From Planctomycetia bacterium (GTDB taxonomy: Bacteria; Planctomycetota; PLA2; JAEUHO01), in assembly GCA_016795345.1 (NCBI GenBank), contig JAEUHO010000268.1, positions 1-42,439 on the forward strand: DNA of 42,439 bases. The letters are read 5' to 3'. This document shows, one piece after another, positions 7,518 to 15,295 of this stretch. The notes under the pieces were generated by a model that saw only the letters and a program-made list of their open reading frames with translations, was not told where the DNA came from and did no database searches. Position 1 is the first letter of the stretch. Each line of letters starts with the position of its first letter. The translations under genes were made by a program, and so were the position numbers.

Positions 7518-10010
7518 CTACTTGCCGTCGGGCGCGAGCGGCAGCACCTGCTGGCCGTCGCCGTTCGTGTCGTCCTCGTGGACGACGCGCGCGACCGAGA
7601 CGATCTTGTCGCTCTCCTCGAGGTTCATCAGCCGCACGCCGCCCGTGGAGCGGCCGATCACGCGGATGCCGGAGACCGGCTGGCGGATCGTCTGGCCCTT
7701 CTGGGTGATGCAGATGATGTCGTCCTGGTCGGTGACCGGCTTCACGGCGATCACGTCGCCGTTGCGCTCGATCAGGTCGGGCGAGAGGTTCTTGAGGCCC
7801 TGGCCGCCGCGGCCCTGGGGCTCGCCGCCGCGCAGGTACTCGTCGAACGACGTGCGCTTGCCGTAGCCGTTCTCGCAGACCGTGAGCAGCGACGCGGTGT
7901 CGTCGACGACGGCCATGTCGACGACGCGGTCGTTCTTCTCGACGCGGATGCCGATGACGCCGTAGGCCTGGCGGCCCATGGGGCGCACGGCCTCGTTGAC
8001 GACGAAGCGGATCGCCATGCCCTTGGCGGTCGCGAGCACGACCTGCTGGCCCTCGCGCATGAGCGCGACGCCGACCACGGCGTCGCCCTCCTCGAGGCCG
8101 AGCGCGATGATGCCGCCGCGGCGGATGTGCTGGAACTCGCCGAGGGAGGTCCGCTTCACGTAGCCCTTGCGGGTCGCGAAGAGGATGAACTGCTCCTCGT
8201 TCTCGAGGTCGCGGATGGGGAGGAGCGCCTGCACGCGCTCGCCCGCGCCCATCTCGAGGAAGTTGACGATGGCCCGGCCCTTCGCGTACCGGCCCATCTC
8301 GGGCAGGTTGAGGACCTGGTCCTTGTAGACGCGGCCGCGGTCGGTGAAGCAGAGCAGCCAGTCGTGGGTGTTGGCGATGAGGAGGTGCTCCATGAAGTCG
8401 CCCTCCTTCGCCTCGCCGCCGATGATGCCCTTGCCGCCGCGCTGCTGCTTGCGGTAGGTCTCGAGCGCGGTGCGCTTGATGTAGCCCTCGTGCGAGAGCG
8501 TGACGGCCACGTTCTCGGACTGCACGAGGTCCATCAGGTTGAGCTCGCCGGCCTCCTCGGCGATCTCGGTGCGGCGCTTGTCGGCGTGCCGCTCCTTCAG
8601 CTCGGCGAGGTCCTCCTCGATCAGCTGGAGCACGAGCTTCTCGTCGCCGAGGATCGCCTTGTACTCGGCGATCTTGGCGAGCAGCTCCTTGTGCTCGGTC
8701 TCGAGCTCCTTGCGCTCGAGGCCCGTGAGCTTCGAGAGCGTCATCCGCAGGATCGCGTCGGCCTGCAGCACGGAGAAGTCGAACTGGTCGACGAGCCCCT
8801 GCTTCGCCGTCGGGGTGTCCTTGCTCTTGCGGATGAGCGCGATCACCTTGTCGATGATGTCGATGGCCTTGAGGAGGCCCGCGACGATGTGCTCGCGCTC
8901 CTCGGCCTTGCGCAGCAGGTACCGCGTCCGCCGGGTGATGACCTCCTTGCGGTGCCGGATGTACTGCTCGAGGATCGCCTTCAGCGGCAGCAGCTCGGGC
9001 TTGCCGTCGACGAGCGCGATCATGATCACGCTGAAGGAGTCGCGCAGCTGCGTGTACTTGTAGAGCTGGTTGAGGACGATCTCGGGGTCCTCGCCGCGCT
9101 TCACGACGACGCACAGGCGGATGTCGTCCGCCGACTCGTCGATGATGTCGGCGATGCCGGTGATCTTGTCGTCCTTGACGAGGTCGCTGATCTTCTCGAT
9201 GAGCGTGCGCTTGTTGACCTGGTAGGGCAGCTCGTCGATGACGACCTGCTGCTTGCCCTGCCGGCCGCTCTCGACGTGGCACTTCGCGCGCACGTCGAGC
9301 TTGCCGCGGCCCGTCTCGTAGGCGGCCTTGATCGCGCCGCGGCCGCAGATGCGCCCGCCCGTCGGGAAGTCGGGGCCCGGGAGCTTCTTCATGAGCTCCG
9401 CGGTCGTGCAGTCGGGCTTGCGCAGGACGAGCGTGATCGCGTCGCACACCTCGCCGAGGTTGTGGGGGGGGATCGACGACGCCATGGCGACGGCGATGCC
9501 GGACGCGCCGTTGACGATCAGGTTCGGGAACAGGCCCGGCAGGACGGTCGGCTCGGTGCGCGTCTCGTCGTAGTTGGCCTTGAGGTCGACGGTCTCCTTC
9601 TCGAGGTCGGCGAGGAGGTCCGTCGCCGCGCCCGTCATCCGCGCCTCGGTGTACCGCATGGCGGCCGGCGGGTCGCCGTCGACGTTGCCGAAGTTGCCCT
9701 GGCCCTCGACCAGCGGCGTGCGCATGTTGAACGACTGCGCCATGCGCACGAGCGTCGGGTAGATGACGCTCTCGCCGTGCGGGTGGTAGTTGCCCGAGGT
9801 GTCGCCCGCGATCTTCGCGCACTTGCGCGTCTTCGCGCGGGGCCCCAGGTTCAGGTCGTTCATCGCGACGAGGATGCGCCGCTGGCTCGGCTTGAGCCCG
9901 TCGCGGACGTCGGGCAGCGCCCGGTCCACGATCACGCTCATCGCGTACCGCAGGTAGGACGACTTCAGTTCGTCCTCGATCTTGATCTCGTGGATCCGCT
10001 CACCGAGCAT
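7518..10010 (-). CDS. gyrA: DNA gyrase subunit A
   Basis: 830 aa with unmistakable GyrA motifs: LRYAMSVIVDRALPDVRDGLKPSQRRIL, GNYHPHGESVIY, the active-site context PAAMRYTEARM, and C-terminal beta-pinwheel repeats. ATG at 10008-10010, TAG at 7518-7520. Confidence 0.97.
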   Translation of the reverse strand: MLGERIHEIKIEDELKSSYLRYAMSVIVDRALPDVRDGLKPSQRRILVAMNDLNLGPRAKTRKCAKIAGDTSGNYHPHGESVIYPTLVRMAQSFNMRTPLVEGQGNFGNVDGDPPAAMRYTEARMTGAATDLLADLEKETVDLKANYDETRTEPTVLPGLFPNLIVNGASGIAVAMASSIPPHNLGEVCDAITLVLRKPDCTTAELMKKLPGPDFPTGGRICGRGAIKAAYETGRGKLDVRAKCHVESGRQGKQQVVIDELPYQVNKRTLIEKISDLVKDDKITGIADIIDESADDIRLCVVVKRGEDPEIVLNQLYKYTQLRDSFSVIMIALVDGKPELLPLKAILEQYIRHRKEVITRRTRYLLRKAEEREHIVAGLLKAIDIIDKVIALIRKSKDTPTAKQGLVDQFDFSVLQADAILRMTLSKLTGLERKELETEHKELLAKIAEYKAILGDEKLVLQLIEEDLAELKERHADKRRTEIAEEAGELNLMDLVQSENVAVTLSHEGYIKRTALETYRKQQRGGKGIIGGEAKEGDFMEHLLIANTHDWLLCFTDRGRVYKDQVLNLPEMGRYAKGRAIVNFLEMGAGERVQALLPIRDLENEEQFILFATRKGYVKRTSLGEFQHIRRGGIIALGLEEGDAVVGVALMREGQQVVLATAKGMAIRFVVNEAVRPMGRQAYGVIGIRVEKNDRVVDMAVVDDTASLLTVCENGYGKRTSFDEYLRGGEPQGRGGQGLKNLSPDLIERNGDVIAVKPVTDQDDIICITQKGQTIRQPVSGIRVIGRSTGGVRLMNLEESDKIVSVARVVHEDDTNGDGQQVLPLAPDGK

Positions 10011-10307
10011 GGAACGTCTCTCCCGGAGCTGCGCGGTCTCAAGGCTGGCGATCTGGGCGAACCCGAACCGCCGGGCGGGCCACCCTCCGGCGACCCGATC
10101 GGCGGTTGGTTTCCGCGAGCAACGCGCCGGCTGTCCCCGCTCGTTCGGAGCGAGGCGCAGGCGCGTAACTCTCGGCGGAGCATGGACTTAGAGCGTCCAT
10201 GCCCGAAGCCGTGTAGTGTACCGCAGCCCCCCCCCAGTCCCCATCGGATTCTGGCCACCTGCCGGGGGGGACGAAGCCCGCCCGCCCCCGCGTCGAATCG
10301 AGGTCCC

Positions 10308-11492
10308 ATGCCCCCGACCGCTCCCGCCGAAGCGCCGGCCACCGGGCCTCGCGTACCCCCTCGTCGACCGTGGTCCCGACTTCGGGGTGCGCGCGTCGCC
10401 ACCGGGGGGCTCGCGCTCGCGCTGGCCGCGCTCGCGGGGTGCGGGCGGGAGGCCGCCGTCGGCGGGGCGGGGCGGCGGGTCGAGGGGCCCCCGGGGCGCG
10501 GCCTGACGCAGATCGTCGTGTCGGGGACGCCGTACGAGATGGGGGTCCACCAGGGGCGGCTGCTGCGGGACGCCGTGCGGGCCCGGGTCGCGCGGGCGCT
10601 GCCGGACGAGGTGGCGGGCGTGGCGGCGGGGTACGCGAGGCCCGTGCGCGACCTGCTGCCGGTGGGGGCGTGGGACGAGCTGCGGGGGATCGCGGAGGGG
10701 GCGGGGGTGTCGGTGGACGACCTGTTCGACCGCGAGCGGGCGCGGGAGATCCAGCGGTGGCACGCGCCGGCCACGGAGCCGGGGCTCGCCTCGTTCGCGT
10801 CGGCGCCGGGCGAGGCGCCCTGTCTCGCGGTGGCGTTGCCGTGGGCGGCGAGCGCCGTGGGCGCGGCGTTCGGCCGCGGGGCGGCGGGTGCGTCGGCGTG
10901 GGACGAGCTGGTCGTCGTCGAGCGGCACCCGGCGGGGGGCACGGCGACGCTCGTGATCGCGGCGCCGGGGTCGGTGGGCGGGATCGCCGGGGTGTCGGCG
11001 CGCGGGGTGGTCGCCGCGTTCGGGGAGGACCCGTCGCGGTCGCCGGAGCAGCGGTCGCTGCGGGGGGCGCCGTTCCCGGTGGGGTTCCGGTACGCGCTCG
11101 AGCGGGGGGCCGACGCCGACGCGGTGGTCGCGGCGCTCCCGCGGACGCTCGGGCACCGGGTGGTGGTCGCGGACGCGGCGAACCGACGGGTGGACGTGTT
11201 GTTGGCGCTCGCGGGCGAGGATCCGGTGGCGTCGCCGGCGCAGGCGTGGGTGCTGCGGCCGGCGGGTGGGCCGGACCCGAAGACCGATCCCGCGACGGCG
11301 GCGAACGTCGAGGCGCAGGACCGGAAGCTCGCGTCGTACAGCGCGCGGCCCGGCTGCGCGGACGCGGCCGACCTGGCGGAGGCGGGGATGCCGCCCTCCC
11401 CGGTGGCGGGGGCCGTCGTGGTCCTGTCCCCGGCCGGGTGCTCGATCCTCCTGGACGCGCAGGAACCCGCGACGCACACGTTCGCGAAGTAG
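10308..11492 (+). CDS. Lipoprotein, peptidase C45 / acyl-CoA:6-APA acyltransferase-like (Ntn-hydrolase family)
   Basis: This is the last 394 codons of ORF 7047..11492(+). ATG at 10308. Lipobox LAALAGC. GTPYEMGVHQGRLLRDAV resembles the conserved N-terminal motif of C45-family proteins. A candidate nucleophile Cys lies in GEAPCLAVAL, and there is a later IAAPGSVGGIAGVSARGVVAA segment. Confidence 0.6.
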   Translation: MPPTAPAEAPATGPRVPPRRPWSRLRGARVATGGLALALAALAGCGREAAVGGAGRRVEGPPGRGLTQIVVSGTPYEMGVHQGRLLRDAVRARVARALPDEVAGVAAGYARPVRDLLPVGAWDELRGIAEGAGVSVDDLFDRERAREIQRWHAPATEPGLASFASAPGEAPCLAVALPWAASAVGAAFGRGAAGASAWDELVVVERHPAGGTATLVIAAPGSVGGIAGVSARGVVAAFGEDPSRSPEQRSLRGAPFPVGFRYALERGADADAVVAALPRTLGHRVVVADAANRRVDVLLALAGEDPVASPAQAWVLRPAGGPDPKTDPATAANVEAQDRKLASYSARPGCADAADLAEAGMPPSPVAGAVVVLSPAGCSILLDAQEPATHTFAK

Positions 11493-11500
11493 GGCTTCGC

Positions 11501-11529
11501 GGAACCAAGGGCAACGACCCCGTTGTTCC
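11501..11529. repeat. Single copy of the GGGC[T/A/G]ACGACCCCGTTG hairpin repeat, 3' of the C45-like gene
   Basis: GGAACCAAGGGCAACGACCCCGTTGTTCC lies 9 nt after the TAG at 11490-11492. Arms are GGAAC(C)AA / TTGTTCC. Confidence 0.75.
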
Positions 11530-11626
11530 AGCTTCCCCCCGGTCGGGGGACGACCCTGAGCGGCGTGCCGACGAACCCGTCGTCTCGGGGTCGGGTGCGG
11601 GGGGACGCGAGGCCCGGCGCGGATCG

Positions 11627-13639
11627 TCAGCGCGGCGCGGGCGGGACCGCGGCGAGCTCGGCCTTCGCGTCGGCGGCCAGGTCGTCCCAGTTCGGGCCGT
11701 CGCCGGCGACCCGCGCCTGGAGCTCGAGGTCGCGGCGTGCCTGGGCGGCGATCGCCGGGTCCGGGTCGCGGAGGCGGATCGCGGAGGTGAGGAAGCGGAG
11801 GCGGGCGCTCCGCAGCGCTCGGTCGCCGCCGCCGTCCACGAGCGGCTCGGCTTCGGCGCGCAGCCGGCGGGCGTCGGCGAGCCCGCGGACGGGGTCGGGG
11901 TCGCGGAGCGCGACGCGGGCGAGGTCGATGCGGGCGTGGAAGCCGATCAGCTCGCGGACGCCGTCGAAGGTGCCGCGCGAGAGGGCGAGGGCTTCCTCGT
12001 AGCCGGGTTTGGCGGCGAGGAGGCCGGCGCCGTGGCGCGCGTCGAGGTCGGCGGCGTTGAAGCGCGCGAGGCAGGCGAGGGCGCGCAGGCGGAGGTCGTC
12101 GGGACGGCGGGCGAGGTGGGCGGCGGAGGCGAGGAACGCGTCGCGCGAGCGCGCGTACGCGGCGCGGGCGCCGTCGGCGTCGCCGGCCTTGGCGAGGCGG
12201 CTGCCGTCGTCGGCCGCAGTCTCGCCCTCGCCGAACGCGAGGGCGGACTGCCCGCGGACGAGGCCGCCGGGCGCGCGGGCCGCGGTGGAGGCGAGCGCGA
12301 GCACGGCGAAGCCGACGAGCAGCCACTTCACGCGGCGGGTGTCGGTCGCGAACGCCTCGCGGGTGGGGCGGTCGAGGGCGAACTTCGCGAGGTAGGCCGT
12401 GCGGTCGGCGATCGAGCCGTGGCGGTGGCTGTACTTCGCGCCGCCCTCGCCCGCGACGCGGTCGAGCGCGCCGATCATCGCGGCGGTGCCGGCCGGGACG
12501 GGGGCCGGCGCCGCGGGGACGGTCACGTCCGGTGCGTCGGGGAGGAGCGCCGCGCCGTGGAGCGCGCCGAACACGTCGGCCTGGCGCTCGAAGCGGCGGG
12601 AGAGCCAGCCGAGCATGCCGAACCAGAAGAAGGCGAGGGAGAGGAACGAGAGGAACAGGCCGCCCGCGGGGCCGAGCGCCGGGCCGAGGAGCTCCTCGGC
12701 GGAGCGGAAGAAGAGGATCGAGGAAAGGCCCACGAGGAGGAACCACTGCAGGTGGCGCAGGCGCGCGTGGCCGGCCTCGTGGCTGACGACGGCGAGCATC
12801 TCGTCGAGCGGGAGCCGGGCGAGGAGCGCGTCGGAGACGATGACGTAGCGGGAGCCGCCGGTGAGGCCGACGACCATCGCGTTGAGCACGCGGCCGCGCG
12901 TCTCCCAGAGGAGGAGGTCCTTGGTGCGGACGGAGAGCGCCGCCATCTGCTGCTCGATCGCGGCGCGGACCGGGCCGGCGGGCAGCGGCGTCGTCTTGAG
13001 GAGCCGCCGCATGATCGCGGGGGCGAAGTAGCCGATGGCCGCGGAGAGCAGGAAGACGACCAGCACCTCGACGTCGGGGAACGCCTGGTGGACGAGGTGG
13101 GCGCGGCGGATGGGCTCGACGCGCAGCTCCGCGAGGACGAAGAAGGCCTCGCCGAGCGCGGTGAGCACGAGGAGCGGGACGAGGACGAGCGCGTTCCGCG
13201 CGAGGCCGCGGCGGATGGCGCCGGGCGCGTCGGCGTCGGGCTGGAAGTGCGTCTCGACGCGGCGGATGGCGGACCAGCCGCTGAAGACCATGATCGCCAG
13301 CGGGAGGAAGAGGACGACGTGCGGGGCGAGGAACCACACCCGCGGGACGTGGAGCGAGACGAACGCGCCCCAGTCGAAGAGGCTGAGCGCCAGCACCCAG
13401 CCGAAGAGCGGCCAGAGGCTCGTGCCGCGGCCCGCGCGGACGAGGGCCTCCGCGTCGCGTTCCTCGACGGCGCGGATCGCGCGGTCGGCGGCCATGCGGG
13501 TGAGCGCGACCACCACGAGCGTGACCGCCCCGGTGCCCGCGAGGGTGCGGACGGGGTCCACCGAGGCGCCCGCCGCGGGGTCGGCCAGCGAGAACAGGCC
13601 CAGGATCAGGGCGACGAGCAGGGTGAAGTCCGGGACCAT
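11627..13639 (-). CDS. M48-family zinc metalloprotease, polytopic membrane protein with TPR-like C-terminal region
   Basis: 670 aa with several hydrophobic helices. The HExxH motif is in VVSHEAGHARLRHLQWF. An Ala/Arg-rich helical-repeat C-terminus follows. ATG at 13637-13639, TGA at 11627-11629. Confidence 0.85.
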   Translation of the reverse strand: MVPDFTLLVALILGLFSLADPAAGASVDPVRTLAGTGAVTLVVVALTRMAADRAIRAVEERDAEALVRAGRGTSLWPLFGWVLALSLFDWGAFVSLHVPRVWFLAPHVVLFLPLAIMVFSGWSAIRRVETHFQPDADAPGAIRRGLARNALVLVPLLVLTALGEAFFVLAELRVEPIRRAHLVHQAFPDVEVLVVFLLSAAIGYFAPAIMRRLLKTTPLPAGPVRAAIEQQMAALSVRTKDLLLWETRGRVLNAMVVGLTGGSRYVIVSDALLARLPLDEMLAVVSHEAGHARLRHLQWFLLVGLSSILFFRSAEELLGPALGPAGGLFLSFLSLAFFWFGMLGWLSRRFERQADVFGALHGAALLPDAPDVTVPAAPAPVPAGTAAMIGALDRVAGEGGAKYSHRHGSIADRTAYLAKFALDRPTREAFATDTRRVKWLLVGFAVLALASTAARAPGGLVRGQSALAFGEGETAADDGSRLAKAGDADGARAAYARSRDAFLASAAHLARRPDDLRLRALACLARFNAADLDARHGAGLLAAKPGYEEALALSRGTFDGVRELIGFHARIDLARVALRDPDPVRGLADARRLRAEAEPLVDGGGDRALRSARLRFLTSAIRLRDPDPAIAAQARRDLELQARVAGDGPNWDDLAADAKAELAAVPPAPR

Positions 13640-13731
13640 GGACGGAGGATGCTACGGGAACGGGGTCGGGCGGGATCGGAATCCGGGGGCGATCTCGCTA
13701 GAATCCGGGGCTCCCTCGGAGGCCGTCGTCG

Positions 13732-14835
13732 ATGTCGCGTTCCCGCAGGTGCTCGAGCCGCGTCGCGGTCCTCGTCGGTGTCCTGTTCTCGGCCCCCGTC
13801 TCCGGCCGCCTCGCCGTCGCGGCGGACGCGCCGCCGGCGCCCGCGGCGGCGCCCGGCGCCGTCTACAAGAACCCGAAACTGGGCCTCACCGTCGAGGGGC
13901 CGTCGGGGTGGAAACTCGCCGAGGTGTCGGCCGGGTTGCCGCAGTGGACGACGCTCGCCACGTTCTCGGACGCCGCGTCCGGGTCGTCGGTCGTGTTGTC
14001 GGTGCGGCGGGCGGTCGCGGTGACGCTGCCGCGGCTGCGGGCCGAGGTGACGAAGACCTTCGCCGACGACAAGTCGTACAACGTCGCCGCGGTGACGGAC
14101 CTCGCGGTGTCGGGACGCCGGCCGCTGCCGGGCGGGCTCGTCGACGCGACGCAGCCGCGCGCGGTCGAGACGCCCGCGCCGGCCGCGGGCGCGCCGCCGC
14201 CGGCGGCGCCCGCCGGTCCGCCGCCCATGATCACGTGGCGCGTGCAGGCCGCGTACCTGCTCGGCGGCGAGTGGGAGTTCCAGGTGCTCGCGCAGGCGAA
14301 GGCCACCGGCTTCGCGCGCGTCGCGCCCGCCATCGACAAGATGATGAACAGCGTCACGGTGAAGGTCGCCGGCTCGGCGTTCGCGCAGAAGGGCGACGGC
14401 ACCTTCCGCGACGACGTGGCGGGCTTCTCGGTGCGGTACCCGCAGGGGTACGGCGTGCGCGTCCCCGACCGCACGCAGCACCTCGCGGAGTTCGCGCCGG
14501 CGGGCGACGGGCCCGTGCTGGGCGTCTACCGCTACGAGACCGACGCCGACCTCGACCACGAGGCCTCGCTCCTCGTCGAGTACTACAAGGGCCCCGAGGT
14601 GGGCGGCGAGGCCGAGTCGGGTCGCACGCAGGTCGCGGGCCGCGAGGCGGCGTTCGTGCGCGGCAAGGGCGTCGTGGGCGGGCGCGAGCAGATCTTCTTC
14701 GTCGCGGTCGTGAAGCGCGGCAACGACACGTTCCGTCTGCGCTGCGCGGCCGACGCGACGCAGGAGGCCGCGGCGCGGGCCACGTTCGACGCGTTCGCGC
14801 AGTCGTTCGTCATGACGAACCCCGCGGGCAACTGA
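13732..14835 (+). CDS. Secreted protein of unknown function (signal peptide)
   Basis: The 367-aa ORF starts MSRSRRCSSRVAVLVGVLFSAPVSGRLAVAADA. GGAGG at 13718-13722 precedes the ATG. It carries motifs LGLTVEGPSGWKLAEV and GFSVRYPQGYGVRVPD, similar in style to the two secreted proteins at 3969-7150. Confidence 0.8.
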   Translation: MSRSRRCSSRVAVLVGVLFSAPVSGRLAVAADAPPAPAAAPGAVYKNPKLGLTVEGPSGWKLAEVSAGLPQWTTLATFSDAASGSSVVLSVRRAVAVTLPRLRAEVTKTFADDKSYNVAAVTDLAVSGRRPLPGGLVDATQPRAVETPAPAAGAPPPAAPAGPPPMITWRVQAAYLLGGEWEFQVLAQAKATGFARVAPAIDKMMNSVTVKVAGSAFAQKGDGTFRDDVAGFSVRYPQGYGVRVPDRTQHLAEFAPAGDGPVLGVYRYETDADLDHEASLLVEYYKGPEVGGEAESGRTQVAGREAAFVRGKGVVGGREQIFFVAVVKRGNDTFRLRCAADATQEAAARATFDAFAQSFVMTNPAGN

Positions 14836-14842
14836 CCGGGCC

Positions 14843-15190
14843 GTGGCGCGCGCATCGTCCGGGCCCGGCCCCGCGCCGGACGCCGACGACGGGCCTCGCG
14901 TCCGTCGGCTGAACGCGGGCGGGTTCCGCGCGACGATCGCGGGCACGCCGCTCCCCGCGCCCGCGGGCGCGCGGCCGGCGTTCGACGTCGCCGCGTACGT
15001 GGCCCGGATCCCCGAGGGGGACGTCGAGGGCCATGGACCGCTGGGCCCGGTGGCCGGCCTCTGGCGGATGCCGTCGGGCCGCTACGAGCACGTCCTGGTC
15101 GCGACCGCGACCTCCGGCGTCGTCCTCGCGCTGGTGCTCGACCTCGCCGACGGCGTCGTCCACGGCCACCATCTCCTCGACCTCCGCTGA
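14843..15190 (+). CDS. Hypothetical small protein (115 aa), start uncertain
   Basis: GTG at 14843 lies 8 nt after the preceding stop. Third-position GC is high, and the sequence is non-repetitive in its second half (GLWRMPSGRYEHVLVATATSGVVLALVLDLADGVVHGHHLLDLR). I recognise no family. Confidence 0.4.
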   Translation: MARASSGPGPAPDADDGPRVRRLNAGGFRATIAGTPLPAPAGARPAFDVAAYVARIPEGDVEGHGPLGPVAGLWRMPSGRYEHVLVATATSGVVLALVLDLADGVVHGHHLLDLR

Positions 15191-15272
15191 CAGCGAGACA
15201 ACGGGGTCGTAGCCCTTCGTCTCGGCGTCGACAGCGAGACAACGGGGTCGTAGCCCTTTGTCTCGGTGTCGG
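15191..15272. repeat. Tandem 41-bp hairpin-repeat array (2 units), reverse-complement orientation relative to the array at 1-110
   Basis: Units 15191-15231 and 15232-15272 read CAGCGAGACAACGGGGTCGTAGCCCTT[C/T]GTCTCGG[C/T]GTCG[A/G]. This is the reverse complement of the 1-82 units. The array starts directly after the TGA at 15188-15190. Confidence 0.9.
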
Positions 15273-15295
15273 CAGTAGGATGGGGCGCGGAGGGC

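Noticed and set aside
7047-10300. Alternative-frame and antisense ORFs over gyrA (7047..11492 N-terminal part, 7054..9822, 7477..7866 and others)
   Set aside because: The gyrA frame (7518..10010, minus) is unambiguous. The competing frames are shadow ORFs with L/D/R/A/V-biased composition.
13699-13704. TAGAAT as the -10 box for the secreted-protein gene at 13732, in the 92-bp divergent region shared with the M48 protease gene
   Set aside because: No acceptable -35 element lies at 16-18 nt (TCGGAA only), and the promoter consensus of this lineage is unknown. The support is too weak to list as a feature.
10188-14946. Long minus- and plus-strand ORFs 10188..13337, 10370..14023, 13035..14912 and 13606..14946
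   Set aside because: They are R/G/P/A-rich shadow frames overlapping the C45-like, M48 and secreted-protein genes. The chosen frames show a lipobox, HExxH with TM helices, and a signal peptide respectively.
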